A stretch of 64,000 bases of DNA from assembly GCA_038213285.1 (NCBI GenBank), contig JBBQTL010000002.1, forward strand, positions 19,949 to 83,948, in the 5' to 3' direction. The stretch is from Chitinophagales bacterium. Its GTDB lineage: Bacteria > Bacteroidota > Bacteroidia > Chitinophagales > Chitinophagaceae. The notes under the pieces were generated by a model. The model saw nothing but the letters and a program-made list of their open reading frames with translations, was not told the origin of the DNA and did no database searches. Below, in pieces: positions 41,585-51,908 of the stretch. The first letter of the stretch is position 1; every line of letters starts with the position of its first letter. The position numbers and the translations under genes were made by a program.

Positions 41585-42034
41585 TTAGTAGTACAACATT
41601 TTGCCCGTTGCTGATTTGTGATGAGCCATATTATATCCTTCTATCAAATTGGCAATTAACCGTTGATTTTCTTTTCTTTTGTTGTAATGAAAAATAATGA
41701 TACTACCCCTGTATTCAAACAAACTGGCCTCCGTTTTTAATTGGGTAAATTCAGTATCGCCTTTTTCAATTAATAGTTCCTTCTCAATAATGCAAAATTT
41801 TGAAGCCTGTTCAAACTGGCCGTTTGCCAATGCTTCATTTTTCATTGACAGGATCAGCGAAAGGTCACCATCTTCATAATATTCTTTACAATTCATTTTT
41901 TCAATAGAGAGATCTTCCTGGTTTAATACCGTAGTAATTTTTTCAAACTGGTAGCTGATGGAATGAGGACCTATGTTATCTGACAGCAGGTGATTTAAGT
42001 CATTTAATATGTTGGATAAATTTTCGGTTACCAT
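41585..42034 (-). CDS. Hypothetical protein with a degenerate UVR (UvrB/C)-like motif
   Basis: KNEALANGQFEQAS...EKEL resembles a UVR helix pair. Confidence 0.55.
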   Translation of the reverse strand: MVTENLSNILNDLNHLLSDNIGPHSISYQFEKITTVLNQEDLSIEKMNCKEYYEDGDLSLILSMKNEALANGQFEQASKFCIIEKELLIEKGDTEFTQLKTEASLFEYRGSIIIFHYNKRKENQRLIANLIEGYNMAHHKSATGKMLYY

Positions 42035-42057
42035 AAAATGACTTTAGGTCGATTTAA

Positions 42058-42072
42058 ACAAAGTACGTGCCG
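42058..42072 (-). promoter_or_regulatory. Possible sigma-54 (-24/-12) promoter
   Basis: Minus strand CGGCACGTACTTTGT (GG-N10-G spacing) about 24 bp upstream of the 42034 start. Confidence 0.4.
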
Positions 42073-42567
42073 TAGATTCATTATCTGAATAACTTATATA
42101 AATGCATTCGTATCTGTCGGCTTTTCATCAGTAATTGAAACAAGAACTATCTATTTATCTTTTGATAGACGAAAAGCAGCGGGTACTAGTCTCGGAAACC
42201 AAATTACCGAACCGGGCGGCTGCCGGGTATGTTTAAAAGCATAAAAGTGTATGATTACAGTCACCCGCTACAGATTATATAGGGGGTAAATTGCAGCCGT
42301 GTTTACTGTGCATAGGCCATATGGGATGACCATTATAATGATACATTTGATCGATGGTTAACAGGGATTTAATAACGTTGTGAGCAGGCGTAAACAATCG
42401 GTCATTCATACTTTCCTTACTTAAGATGATGATTAATTAGAAGGAGGGGCATCCTTGAAACATTAACCTGGTACAACAATTTGTTATTTTATGCTAACCC
42501 GTAAATGAAAGCGTAACATTTTTCTCAGGATAGCAAAGCGAACATCCTGGCAGTTAATAAATTATTT

Positions 42568-43938
42568 ATGAGTGCTTCAATAATAAGCTTATTACAAAAA
42601 TACGATGTGCCAACACCACGGTACACCAGTTATCCTACGGTTCCATACTGGGATTTTAGTACTATTAATGAAGCAAAGTGGAAGCAATCTGTACTGGAAA
42701 CATTTGAAAAAGAAAGTGGGGAGTTATGTATTTACATTCACTTACCATTTTGTGAAAACCTTTGTACTTTCTGCGCCTGTACCAAACGGATCACCAAAAA
42801 TCATGAGGTGGAGGATCCTTATATCATGGCGGTGTTAAAGGAATGGGCAATTTACCGTTCCATGTTGCCTTCTGCACCTGTAATAAAGGAAATACATCTT
42901 GGCGGAGGAACGCCCACCTTTTTTAGTGCGAAGAACCTGTTACAACTCATTGACGGAATAACCTCGGATGCTGTAGTAAGTGATGACCACGAATTTAGCG
43001 TTGAAGTGCATCCCAATTATACTACTGAAGAACATATTGAAAAACTGGCCGGTGTAGGTTTTAACCGCATCAGTTTAGGCGTGCAGGATTTTGACCCGGC
43101 TGTTCAGTTTGCAATCAACCGGATTCAATCTTTTGAAAGAACAAGAGAAGTGGTTGATTGGGCAAGGAAATACCATTACAACAGCATCAACATCGATTTA
43201 ATTTACGGGCTTCCGCATCAAACGATTGAAAGCGTAAAATTTTCTATTGGTAAAATAACGGGCCTGATGCCGGATCGGATTGCTTTTTACTCCTATGCCC
43301 ATGTACCCTGGAAAAGCAAGGGACAGCGGCGATATACGGAAGAGGATCTTCCGGTTGCCGCTCAAAAATGGGAAATGTATAACACAGGTAAGCAATTGCT
43401 GGAAGCTGCCGGTTTTATTAGTATAGGTATGGACCATTTTGCATTACCAGATGATAAATTATTTACAGCATCTGCCAATGGCGAGCTGCATCGCAATTTT
43501 ATGGGTTATACCACCACTCAATCAAAAATAATCATCGGCCTGGGTGTGTCAAGCATCAGCGATTCCTGGAATGCTTTTGCACAAAATGAAAAGACAGTAG
43601 AAGAATATGAAGCAAAGATTAACCAGGGTGTGTTGCCGCTTGTAAATGGCCATTTACTAAATGAAGAAGATGTGGTTATCCGCAAAAATATTCTTGAGTT
43701 GATGTGTAGTAATAAAACCAGCCTTAATAGTAAATCGTTGAACAAAGATTTTTTAAATAGTGCCATTGGCAGGCTGCAAAAGCTGGAAGCAGATGGCCTG
43801 GTAATAGTAGATGAAACGGACATCCACGTTACCACAAAAGGGAATTCATTTATCCGAAACATCAGCGCCGCCATAGATGCAAAGCTTTGGAATAATGAAC
43901 ATCAAAGTGGAATAAAAACTTTTAGTAAGGCTATTTAA
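42568..43938 (+). CDS. hemN: Oxygen-independent coproporphyrinogen III oxidase (radical SAM)
   Basis: PRYTSYP, CENLCTFC (CxxxCxxC), HLGGGTP and LHRNFMGY motifs. Confidence 0.95.
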   Translation: MSASIISLLQKYDVPTPRYTSYPTVPYWDFSTINEAKWKQSVLETFEKESGELCIYIHLPFCENLCTFCACTKRITKNHEVEDPYIMAVLKEWAIYRSMLPSAPVIKEIHLGGGTPTFFSAKNLLQLIDGITSDAVVSDDHEFSVEVHPNYTTEEHIEKLAGVGFNRISLGVQDFDPAVQFAINRIQSFERTREVVDWARKYHYNSINIDLIYGLPHQTIESVKFSIGKITGLMPDRIAFYSYAHVPWKSKGQRRYTEEDLPVAAQKWEMYNTGKQLLEAAGFISIGMDHFALPDDKLFTASANGELHRNFMGYTTTQSKIIIGLGVSSISDSWNAFAQNEKTVEEYEAKINQGVLPLVNGHLLNEEDVVIRKNILELMCSNKTSLNSKSLNKDFLNSAIGRLQKLEADGLVIVDETDIHVTTKGNSFIRNISAAIDAKLWNNEHQSGIKTFSKAI

Positions 43939-44090
43939 TGTAAGCAGCGGTTACTCAAAAAAGTGGCCGGGCTTTTAAAACCGGCAATCAACAGTAAATA
44001 GTAAATCGAAAAAAAGCAAGACCATCCGGCAGAGACAACCGGAAGGATTTAAAATCCAGTTATCGTAATCAGTTCACAAATCGTATTAAA

Positions 44091-45956
44091 ATGATAAATC
44101 ACCAGGAACACAAATTTCATATCCCGGTAATGGGCCTTGCCTATACCATCGACTCACCAATTAAAGTTGCCCGCTTTGGTATTTCTTCTGTTATTTCTAT
44201 TGTGGAAGACCGGTTAATAGAAATGATGAGAAGTCATTATTATCCTACCATCAATCAACCTTATCTTCCAATTGATACCAATGAAAAAGATTATCGGGCA
44301 AAAAGAATAACAGACTACCTGAACCTGGTAAATGCCATTGTATATGAGCAGGTAGAGAAGATAAAAAAGTCGGCTTTTGAAAAAGGCGCTGAAATAGTAC
44401 AGTATTTTGAAATGTTGCCGGATGATAGCAAAGTAAAAAAGCTATACCAGCAAATGATGTCGACCGATGATCAGAAGGAAAAGGAAAAGATGGAATTGTA
44501 TTTACGAACACAGGTGATACCCGGAAGTATAGATGTAAATGTAATGACAAAAACTGACCGGAATAATTATGACAAAACCGGGGCAGTAATAGATGATGGT
44601 TCGGATGCGGTGGCGGCTTTAAGGGGTTATGCCAAAAGTGATTTGAGGAATTCCTCCATTATTTTTTCTGCCGGTATGAATCCACGATTGTACAATTACC
44701 TGGAAAAATGTGACCAGTTTGATGTGAATGGAGATGGCGGATTTACAAAAAAGGTGATCATTAAAGTAAGCGATTACCGTTCCGCTTTAATACAGGGTAA
44801 ATATTTAGCGAAGAAAGGAATATGGGTCAGCGAATTCAGGATTGAATCGGGCCTGAACTGTGGAGGCCATGCATTTGCAACAGATGGGTTTTTGCTGGGG
44901 CCAATTCTGAATGAATTTAAAGAAAAGAAACAGGAATTGATTGATACGCTGTTTGAAATTTACAATGCAGCCATTACAAAGAAAACGGGTAAAGTATTTG
45001 TATATCCTCCAATCATTAACATATCGGTACAGGGTGGAATTGGCACTGCTGCGGAAGACCGGTTTTTGCACAGCTATTATGGCGTTCAAAGTACTGGCTG
45101 GGGTACACCCTTTTTACTGGTTCCCGAAGCTACCACAGTAGATGAAAACACGCTGAATTTATTAAGCCGGGCAAAGCGGGAGGATGTGGTGCTTAGTCAT
45201 AATTCACCACTGGGTGTTCGATTTCATTATTTGAAAGGCACCACTGCGGAAATAGAAAAGAAACAACGCATTAAAAACGGTAAGGCGGGCAGCCCCTGCA
45301 CCGAAAAGCATTTGGCATTTAACACCGAGTTTACGGAAGAACCTATTTGTACGGCATCACACAAATACCAGAAATTGAAGATTGCACAACTGCAATCCCT
45401 GAATTTGCCGGAGAAGGAATACCAACAACAATTGACCAGTATCACGGATAAGGAATGCCTTTGTATTGGATTAAGCAATGCAGCAGCTATTAATTACGAA
45501 ACCACCCTGGTTAAAAACCTGGATGCGGTAAATATTTGTCCGGGCCCAAACATCGCTTATTTTACCCGGGTAGTATCCCTGCAAACGATGACCGACCATA
45601 TTTATGGCCGTACCAATATTATGCATGATATCAACAGGCCAAATATGTTTATTACTGAATTAGGCTTGTACATCAATTTTGTAAGGGAGCAACTGGAAAA
45701 TGAAAGTGAAGTTGAAATGGATGCTAAACGAAAAAAATATTATGAGGAGTTTTTTAAGAATTTGTATGATGGAATTTCTTATTATAAAAGTTTACCCGGT
45801 TCTGTAGAACCCCACCGGGGACCATTTGTACATGCCCTGCATGAAGCGGAAGGCACGTTGGATATACTGGCAAGCCAATTTTCGATCGACATACCTGGAA
45901 AAGTTGCCGTTGAAGAAAAAATAAATTTTAGTATTCCATTTTTGCAGGAAGCGTAA
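44091..45956 (+). CDS. Uncharacterised putative flavoprotein (nitronate monooxygenase/FabK-like TIM-barrel motifs) with Cys-rich C-terminus
   Basis: HIPVMG, FSAG, ESGLNCGGH, VQGGIG and GWGTPFL; later SPC, PIC and KECLCIGL. Confidence 0.55.
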   Translation: MINHQEHKFHIPVMGLAYTIDSPIKVARFGISSVISIVEDRLIEMMRSHYYPTINQPYLPIDTNEKDYRAKRITDYLNLVNAIVYEQVEKIKKSAFEKGAEIVQYFEMLPDDSKVKKLYQQMMSTDDQKEKEKMELYLRTQVIPGSIDVNVMTKTDRNNYDKTGAVIDDGSDAVAALRGYAKSDLRNSSIIFSAGMNPRLYNYLEKCDQFDVNGDGGFTKKVIIKVSDYRSALIQGKYLAKKGIWVSEFRIESGLNCGGHAFATDGFLLGPILNEFKEKKQELIDTLFEIYNAAITKKTGKVFVYPPIINISVQGGIGTAAEDRFLHSYYGVQSTGWGTPFLLVPEATTVDENTLNLLSRAKREDVVLSHNSPLGVRFHYLKGTTAEIEKKQRIKNGKAGSPCTEKHLAFNTEFTEEPICTASHKYQKLKIAQLQSLNLPEKEYQQQLTSITDKECLCIGLSNAAAINYETTLVKNLDAVNICPGPNIAYFTRVVSLQTMTDHIYGRTNIMHDINRPNMFITELGLYINFVREQLENESEVEMDAKRKKYYEEFFKNLYDGISYYKSLPGSVEPHRGPFVHALHEAEGTLDILASQFSIDIPGKVAVEEKINFSIPFLQEA

Positions 45957-46006
45957 GTATTGACCGGGTAATTGAAAGTGTAGGCAATACAGGTAACATA
46001 AATGAA

Positions 46007-46684
46007 TTAATCCTCCAACTGAACAAGGCCGTGCCGGATGGCATATATTACCAGGCCAACCCGGCTTTTTACGTTGAACTTTTCAAACAGGGAATTTCTA
46101 TATCCATCGATGGTTTTGGGGCTCTTGTACATTTTAGCCGCAATTTCATTATAAGTTAATTCGCTGCAGGCCAGTTGAAGAAATTCTTTTTCCGGTTCGG
46201 TCATTAACGCAAGTGCTGCGGATTTTGCGGTCCCTTTATCGTGGCCGTTTTGCAGGGAGTGTACGAGTTTTCCGGTGATAAAATCAGTATAATAAAATCC
46301 TTTATTCATAATGGCATTCAGTGCTTCTCCCAGCACTTCGGGTTCTACATCTTTACTTAAGTAACCCTTTACGCCCAGCTTTAGCATGCGTACGATACTT
46401 TCTTCTTTTTCGATCATACTGACTACTAAAATTTTAACCAGTGGGAAATTTTCATTGGTCCATTGTACGGAAGCAAAGCCATCCATTTGTGGCATATTGA
46501 TATCCATCAGCATGATATCAGGTTCGTTATCCTTATTTAATTTAAGTTGGAGATCTACGCCATTATCGGCTTCGAACAGAATTTCGCAATCACTGCAAAC
46601 CAATTCAATCAAATTGATCAATCCTTTGCGAAATAGTTTATGGTCATCTACTAATGCTAATCGCATTGCGGGTTTACCTGGCAT
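46007..46684 (-). CDS. NarL/LuxR-family response regulator
   Basis: LVDDH, MDINMP (phospho-Asp) and GYLSK receiver; C-terminal HTH EIAAKM..SPKTIDGYR. Confidence 0.95.
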   Translation of the reverse strand: MPGKPAMRLALVDDHKLFRKGLINLIELVCSDCEILFEADNGVDLQLKLNKDNEPDIMLMDINMPQMDGFASVQWTNENFPLVKILVVSMIEKEESIVRMLKLGVKGYLSKDVEPEVLGEALNAIMNKGFYYTDFITGKLVHSLQNGHDKGTAKSAALALMTEPEKEFLQLACSELTYNEIAAKMYKSPKTIDGYRNSLFEKFNVKSRVGLVIYAIRHGLVQLED

Positions 46685-46976
46685 ATAACGTTATGTGTTT
46701 TAGGGCTGTTCGATCGTTAAATGAGTGCAGGTTCCCAGGTAAGGTTTTACATGTAATTGTGCATCAATAAAAAGAGTGTCTAGCTTTTCATCCTGTATTC
46801 TGCCCCGGAATCAATCGCTGCTGCTCCGCATTAATGCCAATACCATCATCTTGTAATGCTAATGTAGATGAATTTTTTTAAACATATTGTAAAATGTTTA
46901 TTTGATTTGCCCGGTAGTGCTTTGTGAGGTTGTTAATTATTTTCCCGGAGGACGAGGTAAGCAATAACTGTTTTCC

Positions 46977-47750
46977 TTACAGGGGTAGTTCAATCGTTAT
47001 CTCCGTTCCGTTTCCAGGAACGCTTTGCACCTTTAAAACTGCATTAATTAGCAGTGCCCGGCTACTAAGATTTCTGAATCCGGCACCGGTACTTTTATCC
47101 TGCTGCTCCATATTAAAGCCAATTCCATCATCCCGGAATATTAAGGTAAGTATGTTATCCTTCACCTGAAGTGAAATACTGATTTGTTTTGCCCGGCTGT
47201 GCTTTACCGTATTGTTCAGCACTTCCTGTGCCATCCGGTACAGGATAATGGATTTGTCTTTATCAATTTCAGGCGCTGCACCTAACTGTTCAAAAGTGGC
47301 AGTGAATTGCCCCGTTTTATTTAACCGCTCCACTTCAGTTTCAATCGCTTTCACCAAGCCCACTTGAGAAATACGATCGCTGCCAAGGCTTACAGAAAGT
47401 GATTTGATATCAGCGATCAACTGGCGTGTAAGGTCCTTGGTGTCTTCAATTTTTACTTCGGACTTTTGAATATCCGATAATTGAAGCGTATTTAAATTTA
47501 TCTTGATGAGGCTGGCTACCTGGCCGAGGTTATCGTGCAGTTCACGGGAGATATGTTGAAGGGTTTGTTCCTGGATTTCTATTTGGGATTGGAGGAGGGA
47601 TTGGGAGAATTGGGTTTGGAGCAAACGCTTCTCGTCTATAAACCTGTTCTTTCTTTCTGTATAGGTTAAGAAAAAAGAAACTATAAAACCACCCAACACA
47701 AATAACACACACGTTCCCAATATAACCGTATAGTAAACTTCATTTGTCAT
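46977..47750 (-). CDS. HisKA_3 sensor histidine kinase with a single TM
   Basis: ISRELHDNLGQ, QEVLNNTVKH, DDGIGF, GAGF and GNGT motifs; almost no sensor domain. Confidence 0.95.
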   Translation of the reverse strand: MTNEVYYTVILGTCVLFVLGGFIVSFFLTYTERKNRFIDEKRLLQTQFSQSLLQSQIEIQEQTLQHISRELHDNLGQVASLIKINLNTLQLSDIQKSEVKIEDTKDLTRQLIADIKSLSVSLGSDRISQVGLVKAIETEVERLNKTGQFTATFEQLGAAPEIDKDKSIILYRMAQEVLNNTVKHSRAKQISISLQVKDNILTLIFRDDGIGFNMEQQDKSTGAGFRNLSSRALLINAVLKVQSVPGNGTEITIELPL

Positions 47751-48375
47751 TTCCTATCAGAAAAGCTATAATAAATGTACAATATAGAAAAATATTTAAC
47801 AGGTTTAATAACAGGTCTGTAACAGTCTTTAGTAAACTATTATGAACGTGAATTATTTCGAATAATCCCAAATTAAAAAACCCAACACTGTAAAAAAAGA
47901 GTACTCCTGTTGCGATCCAAAACATTTTTTCATTTAATGGGTTTTTTAAAAATTCATTTTCTTTTATAATTTGATCCTGAAAATATAGAACAGACAGGCA
48001 TATAAGAAAAAAACTGCCTGCTAAAAATGTTATACTATGAAAATGATTAATACCCTGTATAAAAAAAATATTAATAAAACAAAATGGGAAAAACAATATA
48101 CTGACCCATACAATATATCTCCTTACATTTTGGTTAGTCAAATTTATATAAAAAATAAAAAAGTAAAATCCAAATTCAATCGTAGTTGAAATATTGTATA
48201 TCCAATAATTGCTTTTCCCCTGTGATTTGGAAATTATTCCATAAGTTTCTACAACCAGGTTCATTAACAAATACGGACAACAAATTCGTAAATAGGCGGG
48301 TTTTATTTTTTTATAAAAAACTAAACTTACTATGAACGCAATGGATAAAACGATATAATACGCTGGGAAATTCAT
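47740..48375 (-). CDS. Multi-pass (about 7 TM) membrane protein, probable accessory receptor of the kinase
   Basis: About seven hydrophobic segments; N.WIYNI and FWIATGVLFFY; overlaps the kinase start; start moved to the ATG at 48375. Confidence 0.75.
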   Translation of the reverse strand: MNFPAYYIVLSIAFIVSLVFYKKIKPAYLRICCPYLLMNLVVETYGIISKSQGKSNYWIYNISTTIEFGFYFFIFYINLTNQNVRRYIVWVSILFFPFCFINIFFIQGINHFHSITFLAGSFFLICLSVLYFQDQIIKENEFLKNPLNEKMFWIATGVLFFYSVGFFNLGLFEIIHVHNSLLKTVTDLLLNLLNIFLYCTFIIAFLIGNDK

Positions 48376-48395
48376 CAAACAAACTTTAGTTGGCT

Positions 48396-48839
48396 TTAGC
48401 GGGTATTCACACCATTCATAGAACCACAACAGAAAACCCCTTGTGTACCTGGTAAGCTTGCCTTATAGCCGGGAATTAATATTTTATCACCTATGTTATT
48501 TAGAAGATTATCATCGGTATCAGTTGCAAAAACCAAAGTACTTAGATGGTAAGAGTAATCTTCGCCTTCACATGAAATACTTCCTGGCGGCTGCACGCCA
48601 AATTGTATACTGATTCCTTTAATATTATTGGGATCAAGGTCGCCGGGATCAATCCCAAGTAATTCAACCAACATCTCCTTGCCAAAAAAAATGGATGTGG
48701 TTTTAATGGTCGTATAGTCTCCCTTTAAGGTAGTAATGGCAATTTCCTCTTTGAATTTGCGTAACGATTCATCCATGTCCGCTTTGTTAATTTTACCTAA
48801 TGAAGGGTCCGTTTGGTCATTTGATATTCTTACTGGCAT
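48396..48839 (-). CDS. Small hypothetical protein with C-terminal Cys-Cys motif
   Basis: 147 aa; SIFF...GISIQFG core; ends GVFCCGSMNGVNTR; first gene of the cassette. Confidence 0.7.
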   Translation of the reverse strand: MPVRISNDQTDPSLGKINKADMDESLRKFKEEIAITTLKGDYTTIKTTSIFFGKEMLVELLGIDPGDLDPNNIKGISIQFGVQPPGSISCEGEDYSYHLSTLVFATDTDDNLLNNIGDKILIPGYKASLPGTQGVFCCGSMNGVNTR

Positions 48840-48936
48840 ATTAAGTTTTTTTAGAAATTAATTAATAGCACCAAGCTACAAATCAAAAATTAAATATACA
48901 AGGCCAGTACTTTTAAATAATGGTTTTCTAATTAAA

Positions 48937-49020
48937 TACAGGAAAAACCCTGTAACATTTAAGGGAGGTTTCCCGTTTGAAACGGTTAAGGAATTCTTAA
49001 ATATTTGTAGAGGAAATTTG
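48937..49020 (+). promoter_or_regulatory. Palindromic operator and promoter, copy 1
   Basis: TACAGG-AAAAAC-CCTGTA palindrome, followed 54 bp on by GAATTCTTAAATATTTGTA..GGAAATTTG. Confidence 0.6.
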
Positions 49021-49222
49021 CCTTGCCGTCAACTTTACTGTAATAAATAACAGGAAATATCAGAGCCGGATGATAAATTTAAAACGAAAGGGTCGCAATT
49101 AAAAATATCTATTATCTATTACCTATTGCAGTTTGCGTCAATTCAATCTATTTTAGCAAGCATATTCTAAAATATTTTTTGCACGCAGAAACAGAACGAA
49201 ACATAACTTTCAAAACATCAAC

Positions 49223-51448
49223 ATGACAAACCTGGATCCAACAACTTTACCAGAGATTAATTCCCTTGTATTTAATGTAGATGCAGTATATACTGTGGAG
49301 GAAGTTGCTCATTTGCAATCTTCTGCCATTAACAGTGCCTCAAATAATTTGAATGAAATTGTGTCTGTTGAATTTGAATTGTTAAACCATGATAAAGTAA
49401 ATATAGCCACTAACATTGCAGCAAATTTAATTTCCGCTCCGGGTAATAATATGGGAATGTTAAGTGGTCGATATCTGGGGGTCTCCGAAGAAGGTGGTTT
49501 ACAGATCGAGTTAAGGATAGACATTGATGGAAAAAGGCCTATGCGGAAAATAAGTGGTGACTTTTTCCGTAGCACTGGTGATACAATTATTTATATCGGT
49601 TCCTTTATAATAAGTGACCCATCACTAAGTGTAAATCCCTCTATAGTAAAGGTGAAGGGGAATGGAAAGTTTACTTTTGATGCGGGATCGCCGGAGGTAG
49701 TTGTAACCATTCAAAGGGTAAATGAAGTTATTTCTTCCGCAATAGTAGAAATTCAGTTTATGACAACTAAAGGAGCAAAGGGAGTTAAATACGACTGTAA
49801 TTTTCAATCTGCTTTTTTTAGGCAAGTAGCATTTGAATTAGATTTTGTAAAGAGCGTGCAGCCATTTAGGTCGTATGATACAAGTTTACTTTCATCCAAT
49901 GGCCCCTTACGTACTCTTACTGTAACTTCAGCATTCGGGGAAGCAGGAATTGAAATGGTGGATACCGGACTGTCTAATGAGATACCTTTGGAATCAGCCG
50001 GAGAAGACAATATATGGACTAACCGGGAGCTTCATGCAGCAATGCAGGATCATTTTGAACTTTGGGCAAATGAACCCGGATGGAAAGTGTGGTTTTTATC
50101 CGCAACTAAGCATGCGTTGGGAACAAACCTACGGGGAATAATGTTTGATAGGAAAGGGCAACAAAGGCAGGGATGTGCAGTTTTTCATGACGTTATTGGC
50201 GGCAATACAAACGAAATAATGAGGGCACAGTTACATACTTATGTACATGAACTCGGCCATTGTTTCAATTTATGTCATTCGCATGAAAAAGAAACCATGC
50301 ATCCTCCACAGCCAAACCGCTACGATGCGCTTTCCTGGATGAATTACCCGGAATTTTACCGGTCAGTAACAGAATCTGGTGCAGAAGCTTTCTGGCATAA
50401 CTTCCCTTTTCAGTTTGATGACCTGGAAATAATTCACCTCCGGCATGCATACCGCAATGAAATTATTATGGGCGGCGATGATTTCATTGGTAGCATTTCC
50501 GGAGCTAATTCGTTATCATTTGCAAATCCAATTGAAGACAAAACGGGATTGCGGCTAAAAATTAGTAGCCCGGCAAGTTATTGCTATGGAGAGCCGGTAG
50601 TTGTAGAATTTAAGCTTGAGTTAGCTGGTGTGCCGGAAAAACGTGTAAATATCCACCTTCATCCCAATTATGGTTATACCCAGCTCGGTATATGTAAACA
50701 AGGAGGGAAAACCAGGGTTTACAAACCATTCCTACAGCACTGCGTAGAACCGGATATTAATAGATTATATGCTCAAGCACCCGCTGTTTATGAAAGTGCA
50801 TATATTGGATATGGAAAGGAAGGTCATTATTTTGATGGCCCCGGTTTATATCAACTTCGTGCTGTATACCAGGCTATGGAAGGTTCCCTTGTATACTCAA
50901 ATCAAATAACCATTCGCATAATTTCACCAGTCGGCAAAAAAGATAACGAAATAGGGAACCTTTTTTTAGACGAAGAACAGGGGAAGCTGTTATATTTACT
51001 CGGTTCAGACGCAGAGAGCTTACAAGGGGGTAATGATGCCTTTAACCAGGTAATAGCCCAATTCAAAGATCACCCGATGGCGATGTATGCCAAATTAATA
51101 ATAGGAATGAACAAGGCCCAATCGTTTAAAACTATAGATGCTAAAAGAAAAAAAGTAAATGTACGGTCGGCAGATCTGGAAGAAAGTGTTTCATTGCTTT
51201 CCGTGGTATTTAAATGCACCACACGCCCAGGAAGTAAACGAGGTATTAAAAAAGGCCTTGACAATATATCCTTTAACATGGCTGCCCGGTCGTTGGTCTC
51301 CATTCAAATGAACCAAGGAAATATTGAACAGGCTAATTCCACTGCACACGAAACGCTCGCCTATTTTTCAAGGCCGGAAAAAGGCATACCTGCCTTTGTA
51401 CTGAAAAAAATCCGGCAAGAGATATTTTCCATTTTAGATAAACAGTAG
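49223..51448 (+). CDS. Zinc metalloprotease (metzincin-type) with additional C-terminal domains
   Basis: HELGHCFNLCH (HExxHxxxxxH) and SWMNY Met-turn; no signal peptide. Confidence 0.8.
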   Translation: MTNLDPTTLPEINSLVFNVDAVYTVEEVAHLQSSAINSASNNLNEIVSVEFELLNHDKVNIATNIAANLISAPGNNMGMLSGRYLGVSEEGGLQIELRIDIDGKRPMRKISGDFFRSTGDTIIYIGSFIISDPSLSVNPSIVKVKGNGKFTFDAGSPEVVVTIQRVNEVISSAIVEIQFMTTKGAKGVKYDCNFQSAFFRQVAFELDFVKSVQPFRSYDTSLLSSNGPLRTLTVTSAFGEAGIEMVDTGLSNEIPLESAGEDNIWTNRELHAAMQDHFELWANEPGWKVWFLSATKHALGTNLRGIMFDRKGQQRQGCAVFHDVIGGNTNEIMRAQLHTYVHELGHCFNLCHSHEKETMHPPQPNRYDALSWMNYPEFYRSVTESGAEAFWHNFPFQFDDLEIIHLRHAYRNEIIMGGDDFIGSISGANSLSFANPIEDKTGLRLKISSPASYCYGEPVVVEFKLELAGVPEKRVNIHLHPNYGYTQLGICKQGGKTRVYKPFLQHCVEPDINRLYAQAPAVYESAYIGYGKEGHYFDGPGLYQLRAVYQAMEGSLVYSNQITIRIISPVGKKDNEIGNLFLDEEQGKLLYLLGSDAESLQGGNDAFNQVIAQFKDHPMAMYAKLIIGMNKAQSFKTIDAKRKKVNVRSADLEESVSLLSVVFKCTTRPGSKRGIKKGLDNISFNMAARSLVSIQMNQGNIEQANSTAHETLAYFSRPEKGIPAFVLKKIRQEIFSILDKQ

Positions 51449-51501
51449 AAGGCCTAATTTTTTTGTGATAGCAAAATTCAAAATCGATATGCGATTTTAA
51501 A

Positions 51502-51585
51502 TACAGGAAAAATCCTTAATACAATACCGTTTTTTCCCTGTTGTATTTGGCAAAGAATTTTTAAATATTTGTATTGGAAATTTGG
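51502..51585 (+). promoter_or_regulatory. Palindromic operator and promoter, copy 2
   Basis: TACAGG-AAAAAT-CCTTAA, followed 53 bp on by GAATTTTTAAATATTTGTA..GGAAATTTG. Confidence 0.55.
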
Positions 51586-51908
51586 TGACGGAAAACCAGA
51601 TGGTAGATTCGGAGAATCTTCAGGAATTAAATGTTGTATTTAAGTTTTCAATACCGGGTATAAAATAACTGTACTGCGTACTTGCATTTGTAATAATTAG
51701 GTGTTATGTTAGTGTTCCAATCCATTCCTGAGAATTGCCACCCCTATTGCTTCCCTTTTAGTTATAGACTACAGAAAGAGTGATTTTATACCTGAATACG
51801 TCTGGTACCAATATTCTATTGTATATAAAATTTCGAATCTTAAGATTGATTGCACCACCACCCGGAAAGCCGAAAACGGGCTGTAGAGTAGGCACTAAAA
51901 AACATTGT

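Noticed and set aside
42300-42567. FNR/CRP box upstream of hemN
   Set aside because: Only a TTGAT half-site is present, without a properly spaced ATCAA.
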